Shown here in pieces: positions 1 to 11,432 of a stretch of 64,000 nt of DNA. Under the pieces are notes generated by a model. It was not told the origin of the DNA. It ran no database searches and saw nothing but the letters and a program-made list of their open reading frames with translations. The translations under genes and the position numbers were made by a program. Origin of the DNA: Paragordius varius. Lineage: Eukaryota > Animalia > Nematomorpha. The DNA is taken from positions 11,718,001 through 11,782,000 of the forward strand of contig OZ176052.1 of NCBI GenBank assembly GCA_964247055.1, read 5' to 3'. Each line of letters opens with the position of its first letter. Positions within the stretch are counted from its first letter, which is position 1.

Positions 1-492
1 AATAAGATTAAAATGTTGCCTTTGACGTCCATTGTTAAAAACACCACATCATTACCATCGCCAACAATACACTTCCCAGCAGAAAGTCAAAAACTTACTG
101 AATCAGTAGATTTAAATTCTACCAAACTCTCACCCTCATTCATCGAGGAAAATATATCTATTGGCAAGCAAAAACATCACACCTCAAAATCTAAGGTAAA
201 CAAAACCACACTTAAAAGTTCCCTAGAAACGGACGAACATAATGTCAATGTCAATGATGATGGTGATGATAAAAGACCCATAAATTATGAAATGTTAAAG
301 AATAAAGGACTTACGCCTAAACGGAAAAAAGAATACAAGAATCCACGGGTCAAACACCGTGTAAGATTTGCTAAAGCGCTTAAAAAACGACGTAGTCAAG
401 GCCCTTTACCGCCTAAAAGTATACCTAAACAGGGGATAACACGTGTATCTGGCATCAAAATTAATCTTAAAAAGAGCGTTAAAATAAAATAA
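1..492 (+). CDS. UTP3: SAS10/UTP3 (SSU processome component), 3' part; frame is open to the window edge, so the gene starts upstream
   Basis: C-terminus KRPINYEMLKNKGLTPKRKKEYKNPRVKHRVRFAKALKKRRSQ...SGIKINLKKSVKIK matches the Sas10 C-terminal domain pattern (KRAITYQIAKNRGLTPRRKK..RNPRVKHREKF...SGIRAG.KKSIKLK). Stop at 490-492. Confidence 0.9.
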   Translation, partial: NKIKMLPLTSIVKNTTSLPSPTIHFPAESQKLTESVDLNSTKLSPSFIEENISIGKQKHHTSKSKVNKTTLKSSLETDEHNVNVNDDGDDKRPINYEMLKNKGLTPKRKKEYKNPRVKHRVRFAKALKKRRSQGPLPPKSIPKQGITRVSGIKINLKKSVKIK

Positions 493-541
493 ATTGGAAT
501 TATTTATTTTTTACATTGTATAATATATGAGCCAGACATTA

Positions 542-1992
542 TTAAAAATTTATGTTGACAATTTCTTCAATAATATTAGGTTGTTCTTGTCCTCCTCCTC
601 GACACTGCCGATCGCAAGAATATATTAGTATATTTTGAAAGCTAAAAACTAATTTTTTAGAGGTGATAAATAATACTTTGTTGTAATGTATATTGCAATT
701 TTTCATATGCAAAATTCCCCACAGTCGTATCTAAAAATAAGAAATCTGATATGTTTGGCATGATTAGGAATTCTAGAAATGTTTGACCTCCACAATACAT
801 ACATATATTTGGTGGTAATTGCTGTTGAATAGACGTTTGATCATCATGAGTAAAATATCTAATTAACACATTATTATAAATTTAAAATTTCATTTAAAAT
901 TGAGGGTTAAGGAACTTTAGAAATACTATATAATAAAAACCAATCCTAATTTTTTAATATTTACATTCCAGAAAAGTTTTAGACTCTTCCAATCAAACGA
1001 AACGGCAAATAAGATGAAGCCTTTAAGAACTTTTGAAAATTCATTACAGTAGTAATTAAATTAGGGGTGTCCAACACAAATGCCTTTGCCGGCCGCAAAA
1101 ATACATATGGGCATTCTAAAATAATTTACTAGATTTTAAACAAACACTGTCAAATTTAAACACAATACAACATTTTGTTGTTCGTTGCCGATTAAATTGA
1201 TATATTTAGGTAATTGTTAGAGAATTATTAATTTTACTAAGATTTTGTAATCTTTGTAATTTTTAGATTTCCAAATTTTCGCAGGCCGCGTGTTGGACAC
1301 CTCTGGATTAAATCAATAAATGTTGACTATAGCAAAATATAAATAAAATTTGTTACTGAATCAAAACTGGTTTAGTATTGTAATCAGTTGCATCAACAAA
1401 TTCGATGTAGAAAGATTTGATACAAGGGCCAGGTTTTACCGAAAATATATTTTGATTGCTTGATGTTAATCTGTTCCAAGAACTATTAAAAGCTTCCTCG
1501 AAGCTTTGATGTAACTCGATGTTATCTAAATTGAGATCATTTTCATCTCTATTTTATAGAAAAAATTTAAATTTATACGAGATTGTTGATATATTTTCGT
1601 TCCAGGACAAATTATGAGGGTTGTTTATGGTATTATCAGAATCCCAAAAAGCAGAAATATTTGAGACATTATTATTAGATTTGAAATCATTTTGTGGGTG
1701 ATGATATTTAAACGCTTTGCATTGCAGTCTGTTACTTGGATGTGAATCATTAAGGCATATAAAAATATAATGTGTATAAAAACAGGAGGATTGATCTGTC
1801 GAATCACTCATCTTGTATATTTGACAAAGTAGGGTCATTTTACGACCACAAGTCTCACAATAAACATTAAATTTTTTTTCCAAATCCTATAAAAATAATT
1901 GTCAATTATACTGGTATTCCACCCAATTTGCTTGTCGTATAATGGGTCCAACACATTTTACCAATCTCATCCCCAATAATTCCAAACTTCAT
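542..1992 (-). CDS. PDCD2L: PDCD2-like protein (PDCD2L/Trus), multi-exon; central exons (~860-1370) not resolved
   Basis: Exon 1 (ATG 1992) gives MKFGIIGDEIGKMCWTHYTTSKLGGIP|DLEKKFNVYCETCGRKMTLLCQIY, matching the PDCD2L N-terminal motif SKLGGIPD...C..C...L..Q.Y. C-terminal exons give PPNICMYCGGQTFLEFLIMP...IFSFQNILIYSCDRQC...EEIVNINF* (PDCD2_C). No MYND finger seen. Introns 1887-1911, 1549-1578 and 649-676. Confidence 0.85.
1062..1305. mobile_element. hAT (Charlie/Buster-type) MITE inside PDCD2L
   Basis: TIRs TAGGGGTGTCCAACAC / GTGTTGGACACCTCTG, subterminal CGGCCGC motifs, 8-bp TSD AATTAAAT / GATTAAAT (7/8 match). Confidence 0.85.
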
Positions 1993-3177
1993 GATAAATT
2001 GTTAGTTTAAAAATTTGCTTTTGCCTTTGAAAATACTAATTGAATAATGGACTAGGTGTATGGCAAACAAAACTTCATATTTCTAATGCCTCTAATTAAT
2101 GGTAAAGGGATAAAAATTTATTAAAAATATTATATAAAAATTATGTTCAATATTATGGCCATAATAATTTGGTGAAGATTTTGTGAAGAAGTGTTTTAGA
2201 TATATATCTTGTGCCAAATAATTTACATTCTATAAAAAAATTTTGTAAAATCAATAAGATCGACCATCTGAAAAGAGATATATTAAAACTTTTCACAAAA
2301 CATATTAAATTAAAACCAGTTTAAACAAAACTAGAGGCAAAAACCGTCAAATCCATCACACATGCAATTATTTTGCCTTATATTAAATGAAAGGATTTGT
2401 TTGCTGAATTTTAACACATTTTGGCAGGGTTCCGAATCAAAATTATGCGGACTTCTTATTCCGTTACATACATTGAAAGAAAATTGAATATAATTTGTGT
2501 GTAAACGACAACCATAAATTTAATTTCCATTTAGCCTAATTTTATTCAAATATATGTAAAAATATATTTTAACCATTATAAATTAAATATGATCTTGCAA
2601 GTAAATATTAACATGGGTCGATTAATTTGATAATAGTAAATGAGCTGAAAGTAAACCTGCTAATAAATTTAGACAATCCGGACTTGCAAAAACATAAGTT
2701 TTGAAATAAATTCATAGTATCATCCGTTTAGATCTCAGTTTATATTTTAGACAAATATCGATATATACCATAAAAATGTTATAAGCAATTATAAACATGA
2801 TGAATAAAATAGCACTTTTCCCATTTAAAAAAAATATTATAGCATATTGCGATAAATTTTAACTGAAAAATATATATTATTTGTATAAATTTGGGCTATT
2901 TATACAGTGCCCACAAAAACACGTTTTTCTGTTTTTGGGTATAATTTAGATAATTCATTTTTTAGTAACTGCTCCATTTTAAAAATGGCAGCGTTTGGCA
3001 TATTTTGTGTAAATTTTTTGGTGAAAGATAAATTTTAAAACATATTAAGTACATAAATAAATTAAGACAATATTTTTATAAAATTCTAATTTAATTTGTT
3101 CCGAAAGTCTCAATTTTGGAACCCTCTCATAAAAGCCAAGTTTTTTTTAATGCGAAAGGGCTGTATAAAAGCTTTAA

Positions 3178-3761
3178 CACTTGGGTACAACACATTCATT
3201 TTAGTCCTTCGATTCGAATTGGGGTAGATAAATACCCCAGGTATGTGTTAAATTAAATTCTTCAAAAAATATGGAAGGAATCAAAACCATGGCATAATCC
3301 CGCACCTATATAACATTAATAAACCGAAATATATAAAAAATTTTATTCAAAAATATTTGATATAAATTATTTTAAGCTAAAACTGAAAGGTAAAAATTTA
3401 GTCAACGTCACATGTGTGCAATGGTAAAATTGAAAAATAATACAGAATAAACCGCTTTTTCTATTTCAATCAATGTTAGATGTAATGTAAATAAAAAATT
3501 AGCTTAAATTTTACCCTTAAAATTAAATAAAGACGATATTTTGCAAAAATTTTGTAAAATAAAAATGGCGTCGAAATAGTTTGAGATGGAACTTTTTTTT
3601 TCAAAACAAAATTTCATTTAGATATTTTGGCATATTTATATAATTTTTATTAGGATAGAAGCATAAATTTAAATTGGGACCGTTTCCTTCAGTAGTTTTT
3701 TTTGAAATTTTAAATCTAATTTAGTCTGGGGTATTTAGATACCCCAATTTGAATCGAAGTG
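3178..3761 (+). mobile_element. TTAA-flanked piggyBac-like MITE, family A, copy 1
   Basis: TTAA at 3174-3177 and 3762-3765. Ends CACT...CTTCGATTCGAATTGGGGTAGATAAATACCCCAG and CTGGGGTATTTAGATACCCCAATTTGAATCGAAGTG are inverted. Close copies at 4480 and 32017. Superfamily assignment is inferred from the TTAA target. Confidence 0.8.
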
Positions 3762-4479
3762 TTAAAACTTTTTATGTTAACCTTTATCTTACAGGACCCA
3801 CAAATTCGAGGGGTATAAAATTATCCTAGAAATATTTATATTCTAGTAAAATCTATCAGGATAATCCTGTTTTTTAGTTTTAATAGTGATTGAAGAAAGT
3901 TTAATACGTCTTTTGTGGCATAGCTTTACATCAGAAAAGACAAAATTTACGAAGATTTTTAACATAATTTTATAGTGAAGGTTAATCGATATATAAAAAG
4001 AACAATATTATAACAAAATTAATTTTTAGATGCGGGCTCTAAAAGTAAAAACTTTTTTCGCTCTTCTTTAATGGGCAGGTTTTTTTAAAATAATTTCGAA
4101 TGCTAAGATTTAGTGAGATTAATGTTAAAATATTCTAAATTTTGATGTCAATTAAAAATACTTTTAAACAAGCATATATTTGTGAAAATTTTATTTTTAG
4201 AAAAAGTATAAAGCGTATTATACTATTTTGAGAAATTAAACGTTTTAAAATACTTTAAGATTGTTATAAAAACCCGCTTTCTATATAATTTAATAATGCT
4301 GATATTTTCAATCGCTTCAGATTTTAATTTAGAAAGTTTTTAATTTGATTTATATATAACATACATATGAAGACAAACAAATTTTAATATTTTGATGCGA
4401 TAGAAATATTAAGACAACGAATTATGATGAAAAAATGTTTTTATAAAATCCTAAAATATAACGTTTCCATCATGCTTAA

Positions 4480-5033
4480 CACTTGGATACAACACCTTCA
4501 TTTCAGCCCTTCGATTCAAATTGGGGTAGTTGGGTACCCCAGGCCTGTTAAAATTAAATATTAATGGAATCAAATCCCTGGCAAAATTTTACACTTATAT
4601 AACATTAATAATCCAAAATATATAAAAATTATAATTCAAAAATACTGGATAGTACTTATTTTAAGCTAAAACCGAAAGGTAAAAATTTAGTCAACCTGAC
4701 ATGTGTGCAATGGTAAAATTAAAAATAATATAAAATAAACCGCTTTTTCTGTTAGATGTAATTTAAATTAAAAATACGCTTTAATTTTACCCCTAAAATT
4801 AAATGAAGACGATATTTTGCAAGAATTTCGTAAAATAAAAATGGCGTCGAAGTAGTTTGACATGAAACTTTTTTTCAAAACAAAATTTTATTTAGATATT
4901 TTGGCATATTTATATAATGTTTATTAGGATGGAAGCACAAATTAAATTTGGGACCGTTTCTTTCAGTAGTTTTTTTAAAATCCTAACTTAAATTAAGTCT
5001 GCGGTATTAAGATACCCCAATTTAATCAAAGTG
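4480..5033 (+). mobile_element. piggyBac-like MITE family A, copy 2
   Basis: TTAA at 4476-4479 and 5034-5037; collinear with copy 1 along its whole length. Confidence 0.8.
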
Positions 5034-5845
5034 TTAATAGAACCTGTCCATTCTGGAAGAGCGACAAAATTTGCATAGCCCGCATCTAAAAATTTAATTT
5101 TTTTAACATTCTTTTTATATGTAGTATTTGATATTTAGTATTAATTTTATAAGAAAGCTTTTATATTTTCCCTAAAATATTATAAAAAATGTGCATAAAT
5201 TTTGTGTTTGCTGATATAGAGTACTTACCATAAAAGTTTATATAAGTTTCTAAAATCATTCTTGATGCCTAAACCAAAAGTACCATGATAATCTGATACA
5301 TTTCCTATCAGAATATATATATTTGCCAAGTGTATTTTTTTACCCCCGATTTCGGACGTGATATAATTTAAAATCTAATGGAAAATGTTTAAATCGTTGA
5401 AGTGATAAAATTGCCTAGTGTCTAAATACATAATGAAAAAAAGTTGGGGTTAAAAAATCCTGATAATATATGAATATATTCTGATATTATAGACCAATTG
5501 CATGTTACTCCTAGTTTTTATCCTTTGCTTTAAAAACTACCATCGTGGTTATTGCACCTATAAATTTCCAAAATTCGTCCATATTATGCATAAATATTAT
5601 TTTAGTCAAAGCTAACTGCCCCAAAAAATGCCATAAATTCATATTACAAAGTGACAGAAAATATCTCGGTGAAATTATCGGATAGAAAAATGTATCAGAA
5701 TCCTGGTGATCATAGTTTTTAACCTAGGAGTCATTTAAAAAATATTACAATATTGAGACAATTGCTCTATATCGAAATAACGCGAAATTAGGTGCACATT
5801 TTATCTAATAATTATTTTTAGGAAAAGCCAAATGCTTAATATCTT

Positions 5846-5846
5846 T

Positions 5847-5878
<32 letters not shown>
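5846..5878. repeat. (TA)n microsatellite
   Basis: Pure TATATA run; similar runs near 17560 and 50365-50400. Confidence 0.9.
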
Positions 5879-5882
<4 letters not shown>

Positions 5883-7340
5883 TTCAAAAGCAAAACAATT
5901 TTTTAAAAAATTAATTTTTGGATGTGGGCTCTAAAAGTCTCGAATTTGTTCTCTTAAAAACTCAGAACGAAGATGCAATAAAAAAAATTAATATAATCCA
6001 GATTATGACATCTAAAAAAATAATTGGAATGCATACTTTATTTAAAAAAATGATTGTTAGCATGCACCGTATTTTATGGTTTTTTGGAGCATGGTGAAAA
6101 CGGTAATAAATTATAAAAAAACTACTACACAATTCAACGATGCTAAACATATCTATCACATCAGATTTTCCGCGAATATTAACAAAAAACATATTTAAAA
6201 GTAAAGCTGATATGCTTAACTTAATTATAATATCTATTAATTAATATAATTAGCTCTGATCACCAGTATCCTAGATCTAAGATTTAGACAGGTATTGAAT
6301 TTATTTTTAAAAGGAGTCGAGAAAAACATTTCATTTCGAATGGCATTAATGCTAATGTCATATTGTTTAGAAATTCAAAATAACTTTTGTGTAACTAATG
6401 TGTTACATGTCATCTTTCTGAACTAAACCTGGGGCAAAAAATATTCTATATTCAGGTTAAATGGGGTTCAACTTAAGAAAATTATATGAAATTATTGTAG
6501 GACTTTCGCACGTTTCCAACTCTGGTAAGAACATATCCTGGGGCTGATATAACATTATTATATAGATGCTCATTAAATTAAACCAATCAATCAAAATTCA
6601 ATATTGATTCGTTAAATATTATAAATTAAATCAATTTTTAATATTTAACTAAGGGAAAATACAAGTTTTATAGAAAAATACTAGTTATCCGTTTAAAATG
6701 CTATTATCTGATATGCCTGAATATACAAAAAAATTTCGGTCTTAAAAATCCAATTTTCTCTGAGATAGTTTAATGATTATAGGCTGATTAAAAATCTAAT
6801 TAAATTGTGATCAAAATTTGAGATTAAATAAATTGTTAAATTGTGATATTTAACATATATTATCCAAAACAAAATTCTTTTTAAATTTAGTTTCCAAATA
6901 AAATCCGGGGGAATAATGTTTCCTATATTTAATAATATAACATTTGCCTAAGTAGCAAAAAACATGGGTGAGTATGATATTCAATAATGGAAAATATATA
7001 TTATAGTAATTAACATACAGGTATTGGTATTCAGTGGGTGGTTATTAACGTAGAGTTATTATAAAATTATTAGTTAAAATTCGTGATTTATAATTTTGGA
7101 TCCGTTAAGGATTAATATTTAAATAAATACAATCCTTAAAACTCATTTTATCAAAAACCGAAAAATGGGATGTCTGTCATAAAATTTTAAAACATAAATC
7201 ATAGGATTAGAGATATTTATAATCAAATTTAAAATAATGATATATTTTTAATATCATACTCCCGTAATAAAATACGTCTAGTTATATAGTGCCTATAAAT
7301 ATATTTTAAATTATCGTCTGCTTGGTTTTCTACATATTTT

Positions 7341-7772
7341 ATGGCGAAAAATATTGAAGAAGCTTTGGATCAATTATATGACAACATTCTAACAAACGAA
7401 AAAAACTTGGAAAAAAGAAAGATTGCTTTGCAAAAAAGTTAAAAAGAAAGCTGAAAAATAGTTGATAATGAAGAAAAAATGCGATTAAATAAATTAAAGG
7501 ATCTTGAGCAGGATATATTAAAATGTAAGAATGTCTTAAAACAAGAAGTATTTTGCCTTTATTATGCTTGTAAAGATAAATAATTTATCCAAACTTAAGC
7601 TACAATGTAAACTGGTGGATGACAGATATGTAATAAATGAAAAAATGGCTGAGTCTATGAATCAAAGAAACAAAGATCTCGAAAATGACATAGTTTATCC
7701 CATAAAATATAATTTAAGATTAAACTTGAAACATATTGTGATGAGAAAATGAAAATTATTGAGGCACTATGA
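7341..7772 (+). CDS. Small coiled-coil protein (117 aa) assembled across three ultra-short introns; N-terminus loosely reminiscent of CCDC172 (unverified)
   Basis: Exons 7341-7437, 7462-7547, 7576-7692 and 7719-7772, joined by GT-AG introns of 24, 28 and 26 nt, give MAKNIEEALDQLYDNILTNEKNLEKRKIALQKIDNEEKMRLNKLKDLEQDILKCKNVLKQEINNLSKLKLQCKLVDDRYVINEKMAESMNQRNKDLENDIIKLETYCDEKMKIIEAL*, a continuous heptad-rich E/K/L sequence. AATAAA at 7818. Confidence 0.65.
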
Positions 7773-7827
7773 AACATTTATTGAATCAATAACAATAGAA
7801 ATAACATTTTTATAAATAATAAAAATA

Positions 7828-10811
7828 TTAATTATAGGGTGGAGGTGGCGATATTAATCTGTCTAATTCATCATCAAATTTTGATTTATCTTTAATTTCA
7901 TATGCAAAAATTGTTGAAACTGTGGTATTAATTGGAGGATTATGTGAGTTACGCGTTTTTTGATTTGGCGATGAAATATTTTTGGTATTTAAAGGTTTTT
8001 TATCTATGGGTGTTGTTGGGGAATTTAAATAACTGGAATATAAAGAGATGATCGATTTTTCCCTTTCATACATACTCTTTAAATAGTTGATGACATCTTC
8101 GTCTAATTTTTCCTATCCAAAAAAATCCAAATAAAATATATAAACAGTCCAATTTATCAAATGTTTACAAAAATTTGAATAAAAATTGAACCTCAACTTC
8201 GATGGTTATACCCGACAACCCGCAACAAAGCAATAAAAAACCAAACGCCGTGGCCACGCAACACAATATGAGGGAAACGATAAATTTATAATTGGAACTT
8301 GTACAAGTCCTTCGTATTATAGGCTCGTAATTTATAGAGGCTTCCATTTCATTGCCTTGTTCGGAATGTTCAATCAACATTTTCTGCAAATCGCTGCGAA
8401 TAAATTGTTTATCTTCTCGCAGTTGATAAAGGTAGAAATCAAGGTATGCCAACTAAACGTAAAAATAAACATAAATCAAAAATTTAAAAATTCAATATCT
8501 GATATATGTTGTGATTATTTAGATTTTTGTGGACCAATTAATAAAGATTTTATTGTAGGGCAGTGGTACTCACCAAAAAAATTTGACGGGCCAAATAAAA
8601 TATATTATTTTTTCGAGGGCCATGAACCTTATAATGGCAAATTTCCAATTTGACACATATGTACATATTTATACTCTAAATCAGCACAATGAATTTTTTG
8701 CGGATCGCATATAAACCCAGCTAAAAACTCGTTTTGCACCATTTAAAAAATTAAAATATTTCGTTAACATTTTTTGATATTAACCAATAATTTTTGATAA
8801 GTTTCGCCTCATGACAGAATCTTAATACGTCGTCCATATGATTATCGGTTAAGCGATTTCTGTATGGATTCTTGGCATACTTCATTTTTAAATATGCCGC
8901 CTCACACGTGTAAGTTGAAGAAAAAACAGTATTAGGCACATCTTGACAAAACTCTACATATCTTTCTTCCCCACGATTCTCCTAATATAGCCTCCTGAAA
9001 TCATTTTTAAGATCTACGAATTCTTCAATGATATGCACCTGTCAAAACCGAAATGCTCAAGTTGCTTAATATTGGATATATCCATATGTCATGGATTTTC
9101 AACGAGTTTTAAGCAATTTTTAATATTTATTAATTCTAAATTTCATCTCATTAGATAAAAATGTTAAATGATAACCTCCGCGGTAATGTCGCAAAGGTAA
9201 GCTAATAAAACCCACTGTTTGTCATTATTTTCCTCGTCAAACCTTCTGTTATCATTTATAGACAATAGAATTTTATGCCTTAAAACAAAAAATCTATTTA
9301 ATACTTTGGTAAGGCTAAGCCATAGCACAGCGGTGTACAAATATGGTCAAATTCACTGTGAATATCTTTCAGAAAATTTTTGAATATACAGCCGTTGAAT
9401 TCTTTGCCACGGATGTGGTTAACTATATCCACAAACGTTTTTATTACTGAATTGAGTGATTCATCTTTTATACGCGAAACCAAATTGCTGATGAATAAAG
9501 CAGTAAAAGGATGAAATATTTTGCAAATTATATTTGTTTTTCAAAAGGGGAATAAATCCTTTGTTTATTCCAATGATAGAGGGACAGCCATATTCGCACA
9601 AAACCAATTTTTTCATAGATATGCCATTATTATCGAAAAAGATGCTAATTATTCCTAGGAAATTACTTCTTTTCGTTGTATTATATATTGGTAAAAATAA
9701 ATACTCGTTGATTATGTTGTCGTTGCAAAATCTCATGAAGAGCGCACATTGAGATGTCTTTCCATATTGTATATTTTATAATTATGTGGTCCTTAAAGGC
9801 AGGAAACAACATTTTTTTAAAAAAACGACAAAAAAATTATCTTCATATTCTTTTTAAAGGAGCGATTTTCAGCGGATAATTTACGTTTTATAGCATTAGA
9901 TGTCATCCTTTTAATTTATGTTTAAATATTGTGTAAATTTTTTCAAAAAAATAGGAATATAATTTGAATATGCTATAAAATACAGGACGAAATTTAATGA
10001 TGTTGATTTGATAAATATTTTGTGGAAATGAGTATCAGAAAATGATGTAAGATAGCAATGAAAAGAATATGCAATTACAAAAAGGAATAAAATACAGAAA
10101 CAGAAACAACGTGTGCCAAATTGAAATCATTTTAATGTAAGAAAATTTCTACTTTTCAATTTGGGTAAAAAATAAAAATTACCAAAATTAACTTTAAAGA
10201 AAATAAATTAATATTAAAATACGCGAAAATTCGCTTATGTGTATTTTAAAAATTATCAAAAAATAATTTATGTATCAATTTGGTCATAGGGCAATTTTAA
10301 AGCACTCTTAGGGCCGCATGCGGCCCGGGGGCCGCGGTTTGAGTATCACTGTTGTAGGGGGCCGTTAAAACTATAGGTAATTTTCCAATTTTTTCAGAAA
10401 ATCACAGAATATAGTTAATTAAATTTAACATAAATTAATAGCAAATACAATGATAAAAAAATATATTTTTAGAAAAGAAATATTTTGACTCATTAATAGA
10501 AGGATTGGCTAAAATTATAATAAATAATATCAAAGGCAAACATTAAAAAATTATAGCTATTAAAAATAAATTGTTAAATCTAATAAAATTATAGATACCT
10601 TCACTCCCAAAGATGCTAAACATACAATGACAATAACCAGACCAATGAGAAATAATACGCGACCCCAAGTTGACCATTGAGATGCCGCTAATTTTTTCCA
10701 AACACGTCGGCGTTTATCCAACTCTTCAAGGGTTTGACGGCGAATATAATTGATAGAAGATCTAACCCATTCTTTATTGGATTCAAGATCATCATTTTTT
10801 GGGAAATTCAT
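7828..10811 (-). CDS. Orphan two-transmembrane protein (~250 aa) with a C-terminal PPPY motif; 3 exons
   Basis: Exons 10811-10599, 8452-8192 and 8112-7828 join in phase 0 at GT-AG sites. Hydrophobic segments GRVLFLIGLVIVIVCLASLGV and FIVSLILCCVATAFGFLLLCCGLSGI; ends DRLISPPPPYN*. Intron 1 contains the hAT element. Confidence 0.7.
8561..10351 (-). mobile_element. Defective hAT (Buster/Charlie/SPIN-type) DNA transposon, 1791 bp, with transposase pseudogene
   Basis: TIRs CAGTGGTACTCA / TGAGTATCACTG; perfect 8-bp TSD TTGTAGGG (8553-8560, 10352-10359); subterminal GGGCCGCATGCGGCCC. Frameshifted transposase pieces: ...KKLVLCEYGCPSIIGINKGFIPLLK...YCFIHQQ (DDE region), VDIVNHIRGKEFNGCIFKNFLKDIHSEF, and FSSTYTCEAAYLKMKYAKNPYRNRLTDNHMDDVLR (hAT dimerisation domain). 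Confidence 0.9.
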
Positions 10812-11432
10812 ATTTTTCAAAAATGATTGCGCTTATAACGGATATGATTAGGGATTAGGAATGAAAACTCCTTAATTTTAATGATACTTAAAATTTTCTA
10901 GTAGGCCATTGTTTTAAAGAAATGAGATTATAATCACCGTAATCCATCATGAAGCTTATTCAAATTTTTGTTGTTCGTATAAATAGATAAATTTAAACAA
11001 TAAGCATTGTGCATTGCGCAATTATTTACAACGCAATACATTACGCATACTTGTATACAGTTAAAAATACAAAAATCAATAAATTTTTAGGCACAATAAT
11101 TATAGTGTGAAAAAACTATCGAGATATTTGTTTTTTTTTTGTAGAAAATATAGATACACTTTTTATGGTATCTATTTTAAAAATAAGAATAATAAGAAAA
11201 CAAAAATAAAATCATTCATATACAAGGTTGAATCGCATGCTGATTTACTTTTACCTGGTAAATCTACCCTCATTAATAATTAAAAAGTCTCATATTTTAT
11301 AATTTAGAAATTATATTTAATAAATTACATCTAAAAACTATCTATTCTAAGATTAATGAATCTAGGTAGAATTGACATAAAATTTAATGTATGTTCATCC
11401 CTAAAATCATATGACCAAATATTTAAATTAAC

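Larger units (their letters stand above)
4015..5960. repeat. Fragments of another dispersed repeat, probably TIR-element ends: 4015-4082 (+), 5041-5102 (-), 5905-5960 (+)
   Basis: AAATTAATTTTTAGATGCGGGCT...TCGCTCTTC...AATGG(G/A)CAGG occurs forward at ~4015, inverted at ~5041 and partly again at ~5905. No clean TSD found. Confidence 0.4.

Noticed and set aside
2905-3163. Tc1/mariner-like MITE (TA|CAGTGCCC ... GGGCTG|TA)
   Set aside because: Only about 6 terminal bases are complementary and no clear second full copy was found; too weak to call.
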